Source: Lama glama (lineage: Eukaryota). From it: a DNA stretch of 64,000 nt. Each line of letters starts with the position of its first letter. Positions within the stretch are counted from its first letter, which is position 1. The translations under genes and the position numbers were made by a program. A model generated the notes under the pieces. It did not search any database. It was not told the origin of the DNA and saw nothing but the letters and a program-made list of their open reading frames with translations. The stretch lies in contig CM052817.1 of assembly GCA_028534125.1 (NCBI GenBank), positions 19,470,001 through 19,534,000 of the forward strand, written 5' to 3'. Shown piece by piece: positions 1 through 12,439 of the stretch.

Positions 1-64
1 TATCACTCTGCTGCTAAAGGTTGGAAATACCCTTGGACTTAGTTTTTTTTGATCTATGCTGCTT

Positions 65-1228
65 CTTGTAGTAATCTCACCCAGTTTCATGGCTTTAAGC
101 ATTAACTATATGTTAAAGAATCCAGACTTGTGTGTCTTACAATGCACTTATCATTCTCCCTTAGATGTCGAATAGGGATCTGAAATATAAAATGTTTAAA
201 TCTAGCCTCTTCACCTTCACCCCTACATCTCATCCTCCCATTTCAATTAACGGCAATTTCATTCCCCTAATTGCTGAGACAGAAAACAGAGCTATCTTTG
301 AATACATTATTTCATGCCATTCATTCATTCTTTCAGCAAATGCAATTGGTTTTAGTTTCACAATAGAGACAGATTCTAAATATTTTTTCACCATCATTAT
401 CACTCTGATCTAAGCTACACCATTGCTCACTTCTATTACTACAAATGGTTCCTAATTATTCTCCCCAGTTCGGTCTTTTCCTCCAAAGTCATTCTTAGCA
501 AGATCGGTAGAGTGATCCTGTTAAGGTCAAGGCTAATCATGACACTCCTGTGCCCAAAACGTTCAAGTGGCCTCTCATCTCAAAGTCTTACATATTTATA
601 GTGGCCTAGCCTCTCCTCATCTTTCTAATTTCACCTCCCACCATGCAGTGGTTCAGTGCATGGGCTCAGAAGCCTGATGTTTTTAGGTTCAAATGATGGT
701 CCCATCACTTTCCAAATGTTATTTAACCCTTGTACTCCTCAGTGTCCTCTTCTGTACAATGGGGATAATAACACCTATATCACTGGGGTTTTTTGAGATT
801 AAATGAGTTAAATAAAAAGTACCTAGAATATTCCTGATACAGTATCAGTGCTCAGTAAGCATTAGTTTCTACTTCTTTCTTTCTCTCACTCAGTTTCCAC
901 TATCCAGTGACTCCTTATTGCTCCTTAAATGGATTTAGTCTATTCTTTCCTCAGAGCCCTAATACCTGTTTCCTTTTTGCTTTGCCTGAGTTCCATACCC
1001 CCACGTATTCTCACAACTTCTGTTCTCATCTCATTTCAGTCTTTGCTCAAAGTTCAGTGAGGCTTCTATGACCACCATATTTAAAGTTGAATTGCCAACC
1101 CTGCATTGGTCCCTCCCATCCTCATCTACATGAGCTTGTCACTGTCATGCATATATTTACTATTTCTTGCCCCTAAACCCTAGAAAAGGGGCAAATACTC
1201 AACAAATATGTATTGAGTAAATAAATGA
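65..1228 (+). mobile_element. Degraded LINE-2 3' portion, interrupted by a MIR
   Basis: L2-like motifs (ctcacccagtttcatggctttaag; agagtgatcctgttaagg...tcatgacactcctgtgcccaaaac) and L2-type 3' terminus aaatactcaacaaatatgtattgagtaaataaatgaa. Confidence 0.7.
645..868 (+). mobile_element. MIR SINE nested in L2
   Basis: MIR core-like cctcagtgtcctcttctgtacaatggggataataacacct...gagattaaatgagttaa. Confidence 0.75.
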
Positions 1229-1284
1229 ACAAAATATAACTTATTGTGTGTTCACTATTTCTCAATTATTGCATTCAACTTACG

Positions 1285-1460
1285 CACATTTACCATACTT
1301 TATCCTTACAGCAATCCACTAGGCAGACATAACCTCTGTTTTACAAATTCAAAACCAAAACCTCTGAGAAGTTGCATAATTTGCCTAAGATCACAAAGCT
1401 ACAAACTGATAGACTGGAACTCAGACTGATATCTTTACGACTCTAATACACATTTCACAT
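1285..1460 (-). mobile_element. MIR fragment
   Basis: Antisense MIR core pattern ttttaca...ctgagaagttgcataatttgcctaagatcacaaagct. Confidence 0.6.
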
Positions 1461-1643
1461 GGTCCTTTAAATAACAAATCAAGTTAATTTTTATGACTTC
1501 ATGTTGCAGAAAAATTAAGATTGCATATGCTTTATACCTAGATGCTAATATTTATCCTGGATGATATTTAAAAGTTGAAACTTGTATTTTAGGTTGTACT
1601 GGCTTTAAAAATGTTTAAAGATCCTTTGTATTCTCTAACATCA

Positions 1644-2469
1644 TATTCAAAAACCAACTCAAAATAGGTAGAAAACCTAAATATAAGACCAGATACCATA
1701 AAACTTCTAGAGAAAAATATAGGCAGAACACTCTTTGGCACAAATTGTAGCACTATTTTATTGGATCTGTCTCCTCAGGCAAAGGAAATAAAAACAAATA
1801 TAAACAAATGGGACCTAATCAAACTCTAAAGCTTTTGCACAGCAAAGGAAACAGTCAACAAAATGAAAAGACAACCTACTAAATGGGAGAAGATATTTGT
1901 AAACAATATAACTGATAAAGGGTTAACAGCCAAAATATATAAAGAGCTCATAACACTGAATATCTAAAAAAAAAGAAAAAATTGATTTAAAAATGAGCAG
2001 AAGACCTGAATAGATAGATATTTTTCCAAAGAGGACATGCAGATGGCCAACGGGCACATGAAAAGATGCGCAACATCGCTAATCACCAGGGAAATGCAAA
2101 TCAAAACTGCAGTGAGATATCACCTCACACATGTCAGAATAGCTGTCATCAAAAAGAACATAAATAACAAATATTGGCAAGGATGTGGAGAAAAGAGAAC
2201 CCTCATACACTGTTGGTGGGAATATATATTGGTGCAGCCACTGTGGAAAAGAGTATGGAAGTTTCTCAAAAAATGAAAAATAAGACTACCATATGACTCA
2301 ATAATTCCACTCCTGGGTATATATCCAAAAAAAACCAAAAGCAGTAATTTGAAAAGATATATGCAGCTCAATGTTCTCAGCAACATTATTTACAATTGTC
2401 AAGATATGGTAACAACTTGAGAATTGTTGTTTTTCCAACAGATGAATGGGTAAAGATGTGGTGTGTGTG

Positions 2470-2508
<39 letters not shown>

Positions 2509-2960
2509 ATACATATAAATAAAATGAACTACAATTCAGCCATAAAAATTATGACCCTTTGCTGCTGTAACAACATGGATGGACTTAGAGGCTGTTATGC
2601 TAAGTGAAATAAGTCAGACAGAGAAAGACAAATACTGTATGATATCACTTATTTGAAAAAATCTAAAAAAATACAACAAACTAGCGAACAGAACAAAACT
2701 GAAGCAGACTCACAGATACAGAGTCTTGTGTTTACCAATGGGGAGAGAGAAAGGGGGGGAGCAACATAAGGGTAGGTGATTAAGGAGTGCAAACTATTAG
2801 GTTTAAAATAAACTACAAGGATATATTGTACAACACCGGTAAGATAGTCAATGTTCTACAATAACTATATATGGAGTAGAACATTTAAAACTTGTGAATC
2901 ACTATGTTGTACATCTGTAATTTATATACTATTATATATCAACTATACTTCAATAAAAAA
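1644..2960 (+). mobile_element. 5'-truncated LINE-1 (ORF2 C-terminus + 3'UTR)
   Basis: ORF 2037-2276 ([25 protein letters not shown]...[14 protein letters not shown]...VQPLWK) matches the L1 ORF2 C-terminal Cys-rich region; ends in tatacttcaataaaaaa. Confidence 0.95.
2457..2510. repeat. Compound (GT)n(AT)n(GT)n microsatellite within L1 3'UTR
   Basis: Directly visible dinucleotide runs. Confidence 0.95.
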
Positions 2961-2995
2961 GCACCACCCCTTCAAAATTATGTATATGTGTCCGT

Positions 2996-3017
2996 ACACA
3001 CACACACACACACACAC
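2996..3017. repeat. (AC)11 microsatellite
   Basis: Directly visible. Confidence 0.95.
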
Positions 3018-3125
3018 TATTGTGGACTAGATTAGTTGAACAAAAAAAAGAAAAAGAAAAAAGAAAAACTAGAACTTGTATTTTAGTTGCGCCATCTTTA
3101 AAAATGTTTAAAGATATTTTGGATA

Positions 3126-3562
3126 TGTCTATTAAAATAAAAACACACATGAGAGCTCAGTTTTATCTGGGGACTTACTGAGGATTGTAGCCTGAGAGAC
3201 AGTCTCTTAGGCAGCTCTGAAGAACTGCCCCAAAGAGGTAAGGGGGGAGGTTAGTATGTAGTGATTTTGGAGCAGGGGTACCTGCAATCCAGTACACACC
3301 TCTGCAGAAAGTTGCACGAGGCTTTGTTAATGATTTTAGTACTTTTCTATGTAGAAGCAGATGCAAGAAACTGGGTCCATAAAATTTTCTCCTGAAAATA
3401 TCTTACCATCTGAAGGCCTGTCCCACCAGTTTTCCAAGAGCACAGAGAGGTTCATTCCTGATCTCCACCCTGAACTCCTTTCGGGGTGTATTAAAAGTCA
3501 GCAACTGCTTCGTGACTTCATTCTTATAGAACCAGATGGTGAGCAACCTTTTTTAACTGTCA
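3126..3562 (-). mobile_element. Solo ERV1-type LTR (MER41-group-like)
   Basis: TG...CA termini, ~440 bp; recalled resemblance to laurasiatherian ERV1 LTRs (gcagctctgaagaactgccccaaagaggtaagg; cctgatctccaccctgaactcctttc). Confidence 0.7.
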
Positions 3563-4051
3563 TATGTATCTAAAAAATGTTAAATCACGTCTCAAAAGGA
3601 ATTGACTGGTTTTAATGAATTGCTCTGATAAAGAGGCACACACCACCACTATTAGAAATTTATTACCTTACTATATAATAAACATTTTTACTATTAGTAT
3701 AAATACATTTCATGTGGTGAAGAATTACATAAAAAATTTTGAAAGTCTGAGAGCACATAAGATTCTGCTCTTTGTTCCTCATAACTCACCTGTTTACAAT
3801 TAAAACAACAATTGCAAGTAAAACAACACAAGAACACAACAGCTTTACATCTAATTTCTAGCTCCAAACTTACCAAGCTACTAAGTAGAAACACTTAATT
3901 TCTGTGTCAAAATAGAAACTATTGTTTTAAAACCTAGAACCAAAGGAAATAAGTTATATTTTGCTTGGTGCCTGTTCAAAGGATAACATTTCCCTTGAAT
4001 TTAAAAACAAAGCCAATAAGCATTTGATCAGGAATAATTGCATCAAGGAAT

Positions 4052-4080
4052 AATCTCCTCCTTCCTGGAAGGAGGAGATT
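4052..4080. repeat. Perfect inverted repeat, 14-bp arms, 1-nt spacer
   Basis: aatctcctccttcc-t-ggaaggaggagatt. Confidence 0.95.
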
Positions 4081-4895
4081 GAGGTTAGTTAAGAATCAAG
4101 TGAATTAGTTTGAAACTGATCTACGATTTTAAGAGGGTAAATATTTCTAGGTAGCTGACCTTTACTATTACTGAACTAAATAAATTGGTTCTCAGAAATA
4201 TGGCAGAAATCAAGAAGAACTGTAATTTTCTCATTAAGGAGATAATTACCCAAATAGGAATGCAATTACCCAATGATGAACAGTTGGGAAAGATAGATTC
4301 AATTTTACGAGTGAGAATTGAAAAGCTGTCAGAGAAAGTTCCAGAGGGAACAAAGGAGGCACTCACCCTGGTCACAGATCTCCACTATTCTTAATGACAA
4401 CTATGAACATTTTACCTTTAAAGAGACACCTGCTGAGCCACACAATGGAAGGAGATCTGGGAGGAATTGATGCTTTCCTATATTCAGGGCATCTTAATGC
4501 TAGCTGATTGGATAGATAAGGTGAGAAATAAGAAAAATGGTCTGCTACTCCATCTTCAAATCTGTCATAGTATCTCATAGCAAGGCATTTTCGCACTTTC
4601 CTGACTAATCTTTTGTCCTTTTTCTTTTTTTCAGTCATTCTCAGAATATCTGGTATTTCACAACCATTTTAGATTTTTGTTTATTTATTCAGGCTGATTT
4701 TCTATACATTAAGCCTTAAGAAGGTAAGATTCATAAGGCTGGCTTATAATTTGGGAGAATTCCCATTTGAAAATAATAGAATTTAATCTATTTGGATATT
4801 GGTTAGGATCTATGATACTGAATTCTCCAGATAGTGTGTATCCACCAAAATACAAACAAATCTTGGACGAGACTTTTTGCAATGTGATAGTACAA

Positions 4896-6245
4896 TGAAA
4901 GGTACCAGAATATGCCACCTCAAAATACACCTTTTTGGCGTACAAGTTATTTTGAGCTGGAAGCCATTTAGAGCCAGCAGACCAGAAAAATCTCTAAATA
5001 TAGGGCACACATTTTCTTTGTTTAAAGGTAATTTACATTTATAAAGAAAATTTCTATTTGTAAAGGTGTCTCCCTCTCACATACCAGGAAGAGAAATGTT
5101 AGTGGATGGAAGACTCCCCCTTGAATGGGGATCCCACAAAAGGTGGGTTCTTGCCTGATGGCTGGAAAGAAGTTACAGCTGAGGCAGAGGGACAGAGTGA
5201 AAGCTGCTTTATTTCTCAAAAGAGGAAAAGGAAGGAAGGTGCTCGAGTGCAGAAAAGGAAAGAAAGGCGTTCAAGCGAGGAGAAGGCACTGGAGCAGGGA
5301 GCCGTCAGCCAAGATGGCCCAGTAGAAACAGCTCCAGCATCGGCTTTGGGCCACCTGGACTTCTACGGGAGGCTTTGGCCATCATGTCCTTGTTCCGGGT
5401 GTGCCGGAGCTAATCATTTTTCTTTTCCATCCTTGAACGTGGGCTTTTCTGGTTGTTGCCATGGCAATCATCAAAGGTCAAAGTGTCAGAGGGTATGTCA
5501 CTTAGCATGCCAGCTCACCACAGTGACTGTACAAGGAAGCCCAAGGTCCAATGGAAGTCAAATCCTTGGCTCTACAGGTTCCAACCAGTTCTTATTTCTT
5601 CAATTTGCCTCCTGAGACTTAGATAAGAGTAACTAGTTTGTATTTGAGGGAGGGGTATGATCCTGGGGGCAACAGCCTTGGTAACCAGGACCCTGCCCCA
5701 GGGCTGCACTATTGTTTCTTGATTGTTTCTGCATTCTCTTGTTTCTGCATTGCCTCCCTTCCCTGATTTGCAACTGTTTGAATCTGCCCTTTGGAACTCA
5801 GGGAAGGTCGAGGAAGCTGAATGAAGCCTATTTCCTACTTACAAGAAATGGGAAACACGAAAAGATTTGTACCAAGGAGGACCCCACAGTGCCCTGCTAC
5901 ATGCCAGGAAAGCTCAGCAACTCGTATTAATGATAAGGCATTGACTTAAATCTTCAGAACAGACTTTACTAAACAACTCTTGTTCACCTTATTTGTCTTA
6001 GTCACCTTCCCATTACTTGCCTCCACTTCCTGGAATCCCACAACCTCTTCTCCTTTGTTTAGCCTAGGATGGTATATGCAACCTTAATTATTGATCATTT
6101 CCTTGAGCCACTTCTCTTTGCGTAGGTGTGTAATTAACACTGTGGGTTTCTTTTTAACTTTTGTTAATCTCTCTCTTACCAGTTTGATTCACAGGCCCCA
6201 GGCAAGGAATCTTAGGTGGGTAGAGGAAAAAACAAATGTTTTTCA
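4896..6245 (+). mobile_element. MER34-like ERV1 LTR split by a second LTR (pieces ~4896-5096 and ~5902-6245)
   Basis: Start tgaaaggtaccagaatatgccacctcaaaatac...ttattttgagctgg and end gaatcttaggtgggtagaggaaaa resemble the MER34 consensus. Confidence 0.75.
5097..5901 (-). mobile_element. Solo ERV1-type LTR inserted antisense into the MER34-like LTR
   Basis: TG...CA termini (tgtt at 5097, taca at 5898-5901); minus-strand AATAAA at 5208-5213; GC/CpG-richer than flanks. Confidence 0.75.
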
Positions 6246-6254
6246 TTCACTGTT

Positions 6255-6612
6255 GCCCCCCATCTGCCTTTAATTCACCTGCTCATTTCACTCCTTACTT
6301 CATCATGTTTAGACTCAAATACCATGGAAAGACCTCTTTCCAATCTTTCTCTAAAAATAATAGTCCCTGGCCTCTCCAAATCTTTCACTCTGCATTTTGC
6401 ACTTATTCACTTTCTTCCACTTATCACTATATATCATTATGTTATACGCTTACATGCTTATGTTGTACACTTATATGCTTAGGTTCTGTCTCTCCTTCTA
6501 GAATATAAGCTTCATAAATTCAGGGTTATGTTCACTGATTAGTCCTAACTACTAAGACATTGCCTAGAATGTATTAGATGATTAATATGTAAATGTTGAG
6601 TAGATGAATGGA
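6255..6612 (+). mobile_element. LINE-2 3' end
   Basis: tctgtctctccttctagaatataagcttcat...cattgcctagaatgtattagatgattaatatgtaaatgttgagtagatgaatgga. Confidence 0.65.
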
Positions 6613-9600
6613 TCCCCTCTTCTCAAATAATTCTTATAAGCAGCTTATTTTTCTATTAAAATTAAATCTTACCCATTCAGAATACAAAAAAATACCACTA
6701 CAGAAAATTACTTAAGGTTCAAGGATAAGACAAATGAAGAGTTTAAAGGTGAAGTAATGAGTATGTTTTGAAGACAAGTGTATTGTGCTTTTTTTTTTTG
6801 CATTATCCATAATTAGTATTTTTTCTTAGTATCTGGTTAAGATCTTACCCAAGCAAAAGAATTAGAGGAGAGGGGAAGAGAAAAAAGGAGTAGAAACCTG
6901 TATTTGGGGATGCCTATTATGAAATAGCACCATGCTTGTGTATTTTAAGACAGTGTGATGGCCCACAAGCATAATTTTCAAAATGATAACCATGAGTTTT
7001 AATGTACCCAGCAATAAATTTTAAAAAGGGATAGAGAGAGAATTCAAACTGGACTTAGCTAAGTCAAAAACTTGAATCATTTTTGCTAGTGCTAATGCTA
7101 TTACATTCAAATTTTATTTCGGCAATTCTTAGATAACATTTAGGCTATGTTTGGGAAGGAGGAAGAATAAAATGCTAAACAGAAATTTTTTTAAAAAAAT
7201 TATATAGAAATGATTGATAAAATGAATATAAAACAGTGTGCCTTACTTTCAAAAACAATTTTTTTCTTTCAGTTTTTTCTCCCTGCTTTATTCCTCATTT
7301 CTCCTCTTTTGCCAGGTTATGGTACACCAAAACTGGTATCTGGAATTGTAAATTTTGGGGGAGCTAGAAAAGGGAAGGCTTGGGACGTAGATTTCAGATA
7401 TTTACAGTGAAATTGTATGAAACCTGGAAGGACTGAGAATTTTCCACTGTGACCCTCACTCTTCTCACACACCTGTTTCTCTACATCTCTTCTTATACAT
7501 GATTTTACCCCCTAAATTTTCCTCCCAACAGCACTTGATAAAAAGCCACATTGCCAAAATTCTGGCTGCTAATCTTTAAAAAAAAAATTCCTCCTTTTTC
7601 CAGGATCTATCTTTGATTTAACAGTTTCTGAAATCAGCTGGAATTTGACTGAACATTCCCTGGCTCCCCAACCAAATGAAAAATTTGCACTCACTTTCTC
7701 CTAGATAGCATGCTCTTTCAGAGATGTCTCACACCTGGCATTTAAAAATAATAACTTACGGTAACGATGTTCTGGTTGATTTTCATCCAGAGTACATTTT
7801 CCCAGGGGGGTTTATTGATAAGACAGGGCTTCCTCTTCTGTGAAAAACTGCCTTCAAATTCGTCCTGAGTAGATTACAAGTGTAACCCCAGAGGCTGACT
7901 TCCTTGGGTGCTCCTCAGTGTGGCCCTAGCTGATAGGGGTCTGAGGACACTCCCAGCAGACCCAGCAGGCAGGCAGGGAGAATGATGAGCAACATCTATT
8001 CCACTGTGATGCACTGAGCATTCCCCACTAGGGGCTCTGTTTGCTTCAGAAGCCAGCCTCGTTTTGTGCCTCTGTCCACCAGTGGACAAGGTCCCCGTGG
8101 AGCTTCTGGACAGTTCCTTGGTCCAGGTGCTGGAGAGGCATGCTGTGCAGCATGAAGACCAACCAGTCAGACAGAGCTCCAGCCAGTCCATCTGAATGGC
8201 TGAATTCACATTTATTAGATGCTTCTGTCTCTTTGTCTCTAGGGGCATCCAAGCCAGAGTCCTCGTGACTGCTTAACAATGCTTCCTCTGGACTTAGAGT
8301 TTCACCATTCCTTTGAAATGCTGATTTGTTTTCAATCTATTCTTCTAATCTAATTCTTCTAAATTTTAACATTACATCTGTCAACGAAAGCAAAGGAATT
8401 ATTATTAGATTATTTAAATAAAAATTCAAAAGTATAAACTTTGAAATGATTTCAAAGATCCGTTTGAAAATTAGAATTGCTTTTTTAATCCATTTTTTTG
8501 GTTTTCTATGTTTGATTTTTCCTTTTTTGTTGTTAACAATGTCTTTGAAATTTTCCAAGATATCAGTATTAAAAATCTTAATCAGGTATTCTGAATAACT
8601 CCTTCAATGATTAAAAAAAAGGTCATACTCACTGATGTAAGCACCTTTTTCTCATTAAAATTTTAAGTATTTTATTTTAAAATTTATAGCAAATATTGTT
8701 ATATTTCTCAAAACTGGATTTGTTTTCTTAGAAAATGAAATGAGTCTTTTCAACAAGCCTCTTATAAATGAAGGTTCCCAAATCCTGTCTACCCCATCGT
8801 GACAAGTAAATTTTATTATTTTCTATATATGGCGCAACGTAAACAATGCTGAGAAGCCCTGACTTAAAGAATTTGCAGAGGCTTCTGGTCTCTGGGCTTA
8901 AAACTTGTGATCACTGAATACTTGTGTATCCATTGGCTGAAAAGATCACGTAAAAAATACAGCCAATCCATATTGACGTAACTTCGTGAGAGTTACACAG
9001 TGCAGGCATAATCTTGAAAATCACCTCTAAACTCTTTTTAAATAGATAAGAGATAGATAGAATGAAGAACAGATAGATAGATGGTAGACAGATAAAGAAA
9101 AAAAGAAAGAGGAGGTATATTCTCCTCTATAGGTATATTCTCAATAAATGTTCATATGCCACAGTTTCATTTTTCTATTTTCTGGAATTCAAGGATTTTA
9201 GGACATGCTGCCCTCTGCACCAGCACCCTCCCCAAAATACCAACCCAGCTAGCACGATTCACCCCTTATGATGACATCTATCAGCCAGTTATTTCACTTT
9301 ATTTTATAATGTGGAAATTTGTAGCTAATTATATTGTTATCTTCTATAGCCAAATAGACTCCACATGGCCTCTAACCCAAATATTGGCTCTCCAGTTGAA
9401 AGAAGAAAGAAAGAAAGAAAAAGAAAAAGAGGTTAAAAGAAGCTTTAAGCATTCCTAGTAGCACAGCCCACTCCACCGTTCAGAAATCCAGTTTCTAAAA
9501 GAAGTAGTTTTGCATTTGCAGACATTTCTCTTGGTTTGTTGTCTACACAAGTATACATGGACTATGGATGATGTAATGTCCAATAAAAGGAATAAATTTA

Positions 9601-10184
9601 GGGAAAATTTTTAGGCATCTTGACTTGTTGGTAGCAGAGAGATTTTCAATATGTGCATGTCTCCACTGCAACTTTCTGCTCCTTGATGTAAAGGTTGCCT
9701 TTTCTAACCTGTGCTTCAATCACTTTCTATGGTGGTTTCGGGGCTACCTGTGTCCTGTACTGATGTGATTGTGTTGGTATCATTTTAAATGACAGGTTTC
9801 TAGTTTTTATAATTTGACTAAAGGTTTGCTTGTACAAAGAATCAGGTAAATAATAACTATATGAAAATTATTAATTATGGTGTGAGCATGGAAAGTGGTA
9901 AAATGAGTAGATGTGATCTGTTTAATATTTCAGAGACTGAATCAGCTTTCAAGTTCATCTCTATGGTAAGGTTAGTTACTTCAATCTTAAAATCCCTTAC
10001 ATATGATTAAGGTGCCAATGTGATTAAACACTTAAGCTTTGAATAGCCTCCGAAAAGATGATCGCAGAGGAATTATCTGTCCCTATGAGCAAATAAGATC
10101 TTTGATAATATCATCACCGATTCTGTTTACAATTAATCTGACTGACAGCTTAGAGCAGATGGGAGATGGAGGACCAAGGGGCTT

Positions 10185-10628
10185 CGTTACTTTAAAGGTT
10201 GTAAATTAATGCCCACAGCATTTAAAGAAATGGTGGTGATATATGAAAACAGGTTTCTATAGGGAAATCAACATCATTTTTACAATATGCATCATTTTGG
10301 GCCATTCTAATCTTCTGTAGTAGAGAGTAACCTTTGTTTTGTTGGAGGTTTACAGGGACATCATAACCTGGCCCACGGGGATGGCTGCAAGAACAAGAAC
10401 GCCTGCAACAAGAAGGTTGCAACAATCAGCCACACCCCCTCCCTTGTTTTTTTTAATAAAAGGAGCCTGTATTCTGACTAGAGCAGAATGGTTCTCCAAG
10501 ACCTTAATCTGCCATCCTTTCGGTCTGCTGGCTTTATGAATAAAGCCGCTATTCCTTGCCCCAACACCTCCTCTCCCGATTTATTGGCCTGTCATGCAGC
10601 AAGCAGAACGAGTTTGGACTTGGCAACA
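10185..10628 (+). mobile_element. Solo ERV1-type LTR
   Basis: TATA-like ttaataaaagg near 10453, AATAAA 10539-10544, U5-like end gagtttggacttggcaaca. Confidence 0.8.
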
Positions 10629-12439
10629 ATTTCATTCCCTTTTTAGACAAAGAAACTGAAGCTGATAGATGAAAAATTTTGCCAATTCATAGGCTATATT
10701 TTTATATTCTGAAAAAATAAGCCTAGAAGAAAAGCAAATATGAACAAGAAAATATCTTAATAAAATTCAAAAAATATATTTTTTTAATAATTCACCGCCA
10801 TTTGGTGTATCACTACTTGACTTTGAAAAGCAAGAGATCTGTAAAGAATCAGTTAATGTGAAATTTTTCTTGCTAAAAGCATTTTGGTTATTGTCAAACA
10901 AAACAGGAGGGAGTAACTTGGGCCACTTGGAAAAGAACAGTTCAATAAACATCATTAATATATACTTTGAAAATAATTAAATCTAATGAATTTATCCATT
11001 TTTGAGCAAAGCCTAATATAGAGTATTTAGCTCAACTGTATTATTTAACCTATGATGAGAACTTTCTTTTTACTTATTAAATCTCACTGTAAATGTCTGT
11101 ATCTCTGTGATGTGATGAAGAATCATAGTGAAAACTGTTTAGAAAAAGAGAAAAAGAAAATACACTTGCTCAGTGATAGCCCTTAGCTTTTCTTCCTTCA
11201 AATGTCCTGTCTACCTCTTACGACGTTTCTAACCAGGAAAGATCTCAACAGGTGAGCTGGCAATTATCAATACTTAGGACCTATGGAATTAAGAGCAATA
11301 TATTTCAGGAACAAACACAACCAGAATTTGTACCACACCACCTTTTTGGGGATAGGATTGCCGAGTAGAGTATAAATTCAGCAGCTCAGACCCAAAATAC
11401 ATTTAGACCAACATTTTACACAGGGGAGCTTTAAATGGGATGTAATCGTTTATTATCAGGGTGATTTATTTTTGCATGTCAATACCAGCCCACTAACTAA
11501 TGTTGATTTTGCTTCACCTTCATATTTTCTTTGTCCTTGTTCTCTCATTCACCCCTTTCTTCTCAGACCCATCTTTTTTTTTTTTTTCTTTAATCTTCCT
11601 CTTCCTTTTTTTTTTTTTTGAGATTTAAATCCAATTTGAAAAAAAAGGAAGTATGTGAGATCAACAGAGAGTGACTGGAAGCATATGGCTTCAAAACTTT
11701 GACTATTAAATGCCCTTTTTGTGCAATGAATGTAGAATTTAAAAAGAAAAGATAGCTGTTCAAATAATTAGATGTAACCAGAGAAAGCACTCTACCCCCA
11801 TCCCTCTCTCCCCCCTCCCTCTCTCATAGCCACCCTGTTATGTTTTTATCCATATTTTATCTACTGCTGACTGTAGGTTATTTATGAAGAATTGCTTAAA
11901 AACAAACCAAAGTCCGAATCTGAAGATAATTATTTTGATCATGGTTACATTAGGATGGATTTTAATGCAATCAGTGCATTAATTTCATTATCGAGTACTG
12001 CAATAGAAGACATAGCAATCTAGCCTGTCCTCCCTTATTTCACAGATAAAGATGGTGAAATCCAGAGAGGTTATGTATCTTTCCTGAACACTGGTTTTCT
12101 AGTGAAATATCAAGTACTAACACCCAACTTTCCCATTGTCACCCGTCTATACTCTACCATGTAACAATATTTTAAGGAAAGCATGCTAAATTCTTTCTCA
12201 TGTATTAGTATGTCATAAAAGCATTTTTACATTCATTTAAAATAGTAAATAATATTTTAATATTAAACCCCCATAGTAACTTCAAAATCAAGAATTCAAC
12301 TGACACCACTTTATCTCCCCTCAAAATCTACTAATATTTTCTTTTTTCTCTCTCTGATTTTGATTAATTATGGAGTGATTATCCCAATTTTCTAAGCAAG
12401 AAATCTAGAAATCATTTGAGAGCTGAGGTTTTTTTTAAG

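Noticed and set aside
4185..4638. ORFs 4185-4394 (+) and 4372-4638 (-) as an endogenous viral element or exon
   Set aside because: No motif that I recognise from bornaviral, parvoviral, filoviral or host proteins; short, and the + ORF has a non-ATG start. A tblastn/HMM search would be needed to revive this
5106..5615. Longest ORF in the window (169 aa)
   Set aside because: Lies wholly within an antisense LTR; no recognisable domain; explained by higher GC content
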